This document shows positions 23,898 to 28,324 of a DNA stretch of 28,324 nt, one piece after another (position 1 is the stretch's first letter; each line of letters starts with the position of its first letter). Source of the stretch: a bacterium (lineage in GTDB: Bacteria > Desulfobacterota > DSWW01); assembly GCA_040756235.1 (NCBI GenBank), contig JBFLZG010000076.1, forward strand, positions 1 through 28,324, read 5' to 3'. The translations under genes were made by a program, and so were the position numbers. A model generated the notes under the pieces. The model saw only the letters and a list, made by a program, of their open reading frames with translations, made no database searches and was not told the origin of the DNA.

Positions 23898-25211
23898 TCA
23901 GCGGGGAGCGGGTTCCCGGCTCCCTCTGGCGATCAGGAGGATGCCCTGGCCGGGTCTGAGCTCGTAAGAGAAAGGGGTGGGGAGAAAGTCGAGGCGGTGC
24001 TCGGGGGATAGGTCCACGAGAGGCGCCCTCGTTTGAATGAAGGCGTAGAGACTCTCCAGGTGGACGTGCTGCCTGTTCCGGATGTCCTTGTTCAGGATCA
24101 GAAGGACTTCATGGTTCAGGCGGACCGAGCCTTTCCACAGGATCAGGACGTTCGGGTTGTCGCACGGGAAGACCACCGCCGGCGCCTCCTCCTGGAAGAT
24201 CGGGTCCTCGTCCTTGATCCGATTGACCGCCTCCACGTAGGAGGTGAGGTCGAGGCCCGTGTCTTCCCAGTGCTCCGGCCTCGTGCTCACCACGTGGAGC
24301 TTGTTGCGAAAGCCGAACTCGAACCCGATGGGCATCATGATCCCGGCCGAGAAGACCGCCGCGAACAGGTAGCGCTGCTTCAATCCTTCTACGCTGCCCC
24401 CGAGCTCGCTAAAGAGTCTCTCGGTGTCGTGGCTCTCCGGAAAAGCGATGGAGGGGGCGACTTCGCGCGTGAGGCTGTACTGCGTCATGAGCCAGGGACT
24501 CTTGAAGTCCCACCACTTGCAGCTGTTGAAGATGTAGTCGAAGCCGGAACGGGCCGTCACCCTCGTCTGGTCCGGCGTGCACCCGAGGGTTTCCGCGAAG
24601 AAGAGCAGGTCCGGATGGACCGCCTTCGCTTCGCCGATGAGCCTTTTCCAGAAGTCCTGCGGCACCTGGTAGGCGGCGTCACACCGGAATCCTTTGAATC
24701 CCAGCCCGCGCAGGTACTTCACGAAATGAAGGAAATACTGAAAGAGGCCTTCCTGGTCGCGAGCGTTCCAGTGGTCGAAGCGCGCGAGGTCTTCCCATAC
24801 GACCTTGCGGTCTCCCTCGATCGCGAACGGATGGGCGACCTTTCCATCGGCTTCCCATTGGAACCATGCGGGATGTTCCATGAGGAGCCGGGAGTCGGTG
24901 GCACAATGGTTGACGACCAGGTCGATCATCATCCGCAGCCCGAGCCGTTCCGCCTGCCGGATCATGTCTGCGGCCTGGTCCTCGGGGCGCTCCTTGCTCC
25001 GCGGGTCCACGAGAAGGGGATGGAAATCATAGTAGTCCGAGATCGAGTACAGGCTCCCCGAGCGGCCGGGCCGCTGGACCGGGTTGACAAAGATCCAGTT
25101 GAACCGCATCCGTGCCGCCCGCTGCAGGTGGGGCTCCCAGGCCGTGAACGGGCCGGCCAGCAAGGGAAACAGGTTGTAGAGCAACATTCTCTGCGGTTTG
25201 GCGTATGCCAT
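23898..25211 (-). CDS. Alpha-amylase family (GH13) glycoside hydrolase/transglycosylase
   Basis: GSLYSISDY, IDLVVNH, GFRCDAAY (nucleophile), FAETLG (acid/base), ESHDT. ATG 25211 with GAGG; an alternative GTG at 25229 overlaps the upstream stop. Confidence 0.88.
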   Translation of the reverse strand: MAYAKPQRMLLYNLFPLLAGPFTAWEPHLQRAARMRFNWIFVNPVQRPGRSGSLYSISDYYDFHPLLVDPRSKERPEDQAADMIRQAERLGLRMMIDLVVNHCATDSRLLMEHPAWFQWEADGKVAHPFAIEGDRKVVWEDLARFDHWNARDQEGLFQYFLHFVKYLRGLGFKGFRCDAAYQVPQDFWKRLIGEAKAVHPDLLFFAETLGCTPDQTRVTARSGFDYIFNSCKWWDFKSPWLMTQYSLTREVAPSIAFPESHDTERLFSELGGSVEGLKQRYLFAAVFSAGIMMPIGFEFGFRNKLHVVSTRPEHWEDTGLDLTSYVEAVNRIKDEDPIFQEEAPAVVFPCDNPNVLILWKGSVRLNHEVLLILNKDIRNRQHVHLESLYAFIQTRAPLVDLSPEHRLDFLPTPFSYELRPGQGILLIARGSREPAPR

Positions 25212-25225
25212 GACTTTCTGCCTCT

Positions 25226-26884
25226 TCACATCGGCGAGCGGTCGCCGCGGTCACTCTCCCCGCCTGCGTTCGACGCGCCGCTCTCGAGCGGTCCGTCCAG
25301 GAGCTGGCGGTACTCGATATGCGGAAAGATGTTGTTGCGGCTCTCTGCCACGAGCAGCCGGCTCCGGTCGATCGCGCCGCGGTCGATCTCGTCGCAGAGC
25401 CGGGCGAGTCGGAGCAGATGAGACTTGGTTCGGCGCACCGCGTAGTCGGTCACCGCTCCCGACTTCATCATGAACGCCCAGTCGCTCGCCTGGGCCAGCA
25501 GCAGCTCCCGCAAGGCCTGGTTGAGCGCCCTGCGCGTGAGGCCCGCGGCTTGCGGGTGGCGCGCGGCCAGGCTCTGCAGGCAGCCTGCCGCATGGTGCAG
25601 GTGTCGGTAGATCCAGTCGTTCGTGCCGTTGAGCCACACTTCATGAAATCCCTTGTAGCCCCAGCTCGACGCGGCAGGGGCCGCGACCTGATTCGAGGGA
25701 TATTCGTTCAGATACTCCGACGGTGTGACAAGTCTCAGGCCCGTCTGTCCCGAGGCGAGCAAGCGAATGAAGCGGTCGAGCCACAACGGGCCTTCGTACC
25801 ACCAGTGCCCGAAAAGCTCGGCATCGTACGGCGCCACGATGAGCGGCTTGCGGTCCATGGCGTCCGACAACAGCCGGATCTGCTCGGCCCGCTTGCCCGC
25901 GAAGTCTCGCGCGTGGAGCTCCGCTCTCTGCTCCGCTCGCTCGGGTACGTAGACCTCTTTGCGGTCGTGCCTGCCGGTGATGCGAAAGTACTTGATTCCG
26001 GTGTCGATCCGGGCCCCGGTCGGATGAATGTACGACCGCACGTAGGCGGGCTCGCGGTCATAGGCGACGTCCCGATAGAACTCGCGGTAGTCAGGGTCTC
26101 CCGGATAGCCTTCGGTGGAGCTCCAGACCTGCTTGGACGATTCCGGATCTCGCCCGAAGGCCGCCACTCCCGAAGGGCAGTAGATCGGCGCATAGACGCC
26201 GTGGATCGGCCTCGGTCTTGCTCGGGTGAGTCCATGGGTCTCCAGGAACGTGTAGCGGACCTTGTGGTCTCTCAGGATGGCGTCCACTCCGGGATAAAAG
26301 CCGCATTCGGGAAGCCAGAATCCCCTGGGCCTGATCCCGAATGCTTGCTCGTAGGCTTGGAGCCCCACGCCGATCTGCGCCCGCACCGCCGAGGAGCTGG
26401 CGGAAAGCAGCGGCAGATATCCGTGCGTGGCGGCGCTGGCGACGATCTCGATCTTGCCCAGGCGCTGGAGCCGACCGAACGGGTGAACGAGGTTCCGCCG
26501 ATAGCGGTGCAGGAAGGCGTCCCGCACCTCGCGAAAGCGCCGGTGGTACATCCGCGCCAGGGCATGGAACCGGCGGGATTCGGATCGGCGCGAGGTCCGT
26601 GCGATCTCTTTCTCCGCCAGCTCGATCAGGAGCTCCAGCCTTCTCAGGTAGCGGGACTGCAGCAGCGGATCGCCGAGCATGGAAACCAGGGTGGGCGTGA
26701 GCGAGAAGGCCAACCGGAAATCGATGCCGTCCTCCACGAGACGGTCCAGAACGAGCAGCAGGGGAATGTAGGACTCGGTCAAAGCTTCATAAAGCCAGTG
26801 CTCTTCCAGCGCTCCTTCATATTCGGGGTGCCGCACGAAAGGGAGGTGTGCATGGAGCACGAGGGCCAGAGATCCCGGTTCCAT
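25226..26884 (-). CDS. GH57 1,4-alpha-glucan branching enzyme (with DUF1957 C-terminal domain)
   Basis: LVLHAHLPFV, EHWLYEALTESYIPLL, ATHGYLPL, GFWLPECG, YREFYRD, TGIKYFRITG, PYDAELFGHWWYEG, SSWG, RELLLAQASDWAF, NNIFP. Confidence 0.93.
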   Translation of the reverse strand: MEPGSLALVLHAHLPFVRHPEYEGALEEHWLYEALTESYIPLLLVLDRLVEDGIDFRLAFSLTPTLVSMLGDPLLQSRYLRRLELLIELAEKEIARTSRRSESRRFHALARMYHRRFREVRDAFLHRYRRNLVHPFGRLQRLGKIEIVASAATHGYLPLLSASSSAVRAQIGVGLQAYEQAFGIRPRGFWLPECGFYPGVDAILRDHKVRYTFLETHGLTRARPRPIHGVYAPIYCPSGVAAFGRDPESSKQVWSSTEGYPGDPDYREFYRDVAYDREPAYVRSYIHPTGARIDTGIKYFRITGRHDRKEVYVPERAEQRAELHARDFAGKRAEQIRLLSDAMDRKPLIVAPYDAELFGHWWYEGPLWLDRFIRLLASGQTGLRLVTPSEYLNEYPSNQVAAPAASSWGYKGFHEVWLNGTNDWIYRHLHHAAGCLQSLAARHPQAAGLTRRALNQALRELLLAQASDWAFMMKSGAVTDYAVRRTKSHLLRLARLCDEIDRGAIDRSRLLVAESRNNIFPHIEYRQLLDGPLESGASNAGGESDRGDRSPM

Positions 26885-26885
26885 G

Positions 26886-28019
26886 TCAGTCGGCCGCTCC
26901 GCTCGATGATGATTTCCACGTGAACATCCTCTCACTCCGATCGGTGAGGTCCGAAGGCGGATCGCCCGGGTGGACGAGGTGCGGCCGTTGCCGGGCGGTT
27001 CGTCCAGGTTCGAGGTCCGGACCTGCCCGGCTTGCGGATGCCTGCGCCCGTTGCGGCCGCAAAGGCGCCGGCTCATTGCCTGCACCCGCGACGGGCACGG
27101 CCGGTGCAGCCGCGGTCGGCCGACGGCCGCGCGCTGCCGCACCCTCCGCGGGCGGGCCCTCCGGCGGCGCGCCCGACCAGGCAGATGAAGGCTCCGCGGC
27201 AATCGGCTCGTCCGCCGGTCCCGGCGCCTCCGCCGGCCCCGCCGGCTCCGGCCGCGGGCTCATCCCTGCCGCCGGTCCTGTGCGCAGGACCTTCTCGACT
27301 CGTTCGTAGTCCCCCTCGATCCGCAGGAAATGCTCGTCCCGCTGTTCCGAGGGAGATACGGGCGGGGTCTCGGCCGGGTTGGATCTCGCCAGCGGGCGGA
27401 AGCGGCCGTCTTCCGCCATGAGTGCGAGGTCCGCGATGTAAGATCTTCCCGGGCTCCACAGATGCACGTACCAGTTGCCTGCATCGAGCTCGATCGGCAC
27501 ATCGAAATGGTCGGGCTGATCGGTGCGCGCAGAGGGATCTACCGTGACGTCGTAGAACCGGAGCACCGGCCGGGCGCGGCCCGCCGCGTCCCCGAGCTCG
27601 TCTCTCGACTCCTCGACGTCCTGCGCGGAGACCTCCCAGTAGGCGTGGACGAGCCAGGGATCGATCGGAAGCAGGATCACCAACGTCTCACCATAACGGG
27701 CGGGCAGATCGGCTCGCTCGCGCCGGGATGCCGCCGCAGCCCAGGCGCGGAGGGTTTCCAGGAGGCGGGATCTCGTGGGCCGTCGTTCCATCCGGATGCC
27801 GAGCCGCTCGCACAGACGGGAAAGCTCGGTCTTCCTCAGATGCTCGATGGCGGCCGGCGACTCGAGGAGAGATTGATGGACGCGAGCCAGGAGGAGAGCC
27901 TCGATCAGCTCGCCCTTGCTCATCCGGTAACGGCCGGGTACCGCCTCCTCCGACGCCAGTCGGACGAGCTGCTGCCGGCTCAAGCCTCGAAGATCCCGTC
28001 CCGGCTCTTTGCGAGTCAT
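26886..28019 (-). CDS. DUF4912 domain protein with N-terminal Rho_N/HeH-like repeats
   Basis: LPARYGETLVILLPIDPWLVHAYWEV...VLRFYDVT...NWYVHL..PGRSYIADL...LARSNPAETP. N-terminal LSRQQLVRLA...MSKGELIEAL. Pro/Ala-rich tail ending FTWKSSSS. Confidence 0.82.
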   Translation of the reverse strand: MTRKEPGRDLRGLSRQQLVRLASEEAVPGRYRMSKGELIEALLLARVHQSLLESPAAIEHLRKTELSRLCERLGIRMERRPTRSRLLETLRAWAAAASRRERADLPARYGETLVILLPIDPWLVHAYWEVSAQDVEESRDELGDAAGRARPVLRFYDVTVDPSARTDQPDHFDVPIELDAGNWYVHLWSPGRSYIADLALMAEDGRFRPLARSNPAETPPVSPSEQRDEHFLRIEGDYERVEKVLRTGPAAGMSPRPEPAGPAEAPGPADEPIAAEPSSAWSGAPPEGPPAEGAAARGRRPTAAAPAVPVAGAGNEPAPLRPQRAQASASRAGPDLEPGRTARQRPHLVHPGDPPSDLTDRSERMFTWKSSSSGAAD

Positions 28020-28073
28020 CTTCAGGGCCCTTGTTTGCGCAACGATCCGCCAGGCTCCGGATGAGACACAACC

Positions 28074-28230
28074 TAGGAGGCTGTCCATAAATGCCCAGCT
28101 GCGGCGTTGCACTCATCCCTCGTCATTGCGGCGTACTTCCATGTACGCCTCATTCCTCGGGATTTCGTGCGCCTTGCATCTGGACATTTCTGAAGAGCCT
28201 CCAGGAGCCGAATTCTTGGACAGGCTCCTA
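28074..28230. mobile_element. MITE-like non-autonomous element with terminal inverted repeats
   Basis: Left end TAGGAGGCTGTCCATAAAT matches the reverse complement of the right end, TAGGAGCCTGTCCAAGAAT (16/19). CCTAGG occurs at both ends. The interior is self-complementary (GGCGTAC...GTACGCC). Confidence 0.7.
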
Positions 28231-28233
28231 GGA

Positions 28234-28324
28234 TAGAGCCTGTCCCAAAACGCCCATCTGCGGCGTTGCGCTCGTCCCAAGTCAATTCGGCGTACAGAAA
28301 ATTAAGCCTAAATCCTCCGGATAT
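28234..28324. repeat. Second, diverged copy of the MITE-like element, truncated by the window end
   Basis: TAGAGCCTGTCCCAAAACGCCCATCTGCGGCGTTGCGCTCGTCC...GGCGTAC parallels the sequence at 28074-28135. Confidence 0.6.

Noticed and set aside
20558..26923. Long plus-strand ORFs (700, 514, 462 and 534 aa)
   Set aside because: Antisense to well-supported GT4, GH57 and GH13 genes; typical high-GC artefacts.
26885..27202. N-terminal extension of the branching enzyme in the ORF track
   Set aside because: It overlaps the DUF4912 gene; family motifs start at ATG 26884. Track extensions of pncA (5727), the FAD protein (6761), the CCG protein (9861) and the ferredoxin (13076) were trimmed for similar reasons.
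28074..28324. CRISPR array or tRNA
   Set aside because: No regular repeat-spacer pattern or cloverleaf; the terminal inverted repeats fit a MITE better.

Overview
GC-rich bacterial DNA, probably from an anaerobe (a Desulfobacterota/deltaproteobacterial affiliation is inferred only from gene content and repeat style). The left two thirds hold mixed housekeeping and redox genes: a partial ADP-forming acyl-CoA ligase missed by the ORF track, a geranylgeranyl-reductase-family flavoprotein, an MFS transporter, a YajD-like HNH protein, a TrmJ-like methylase, pncA, a double-module FAD oxidoreductase paired with a CCG Fe-S protein, a GT2, two Fe-S/ferredoxin proteins, a secreted FG-GAP beta-propeller protein with a C-terminal anchor, and an SDR. 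The main finding is a minus-strand alpha-glucan cluster at 17122-28019: DUF4912, GH57 branching enzyme, GH13, a second GH57, GT4, a full-length plant-type alpha-glucan water dikinase (CBM45-like domain, phospho-His motif, nucleotide-binding domain), and an overlapping endonuclease-IV-fold metalloprotein. This looks like a bacterial glycogen/alpha-glucan phosphorylation system, a pathway normally associated with plant/algal starch metabolism. Intergenic REP palindromes, heptamer repeats and a MITE-like element are also present. All family assignments are from motif recognition by eye; no database searches were run.
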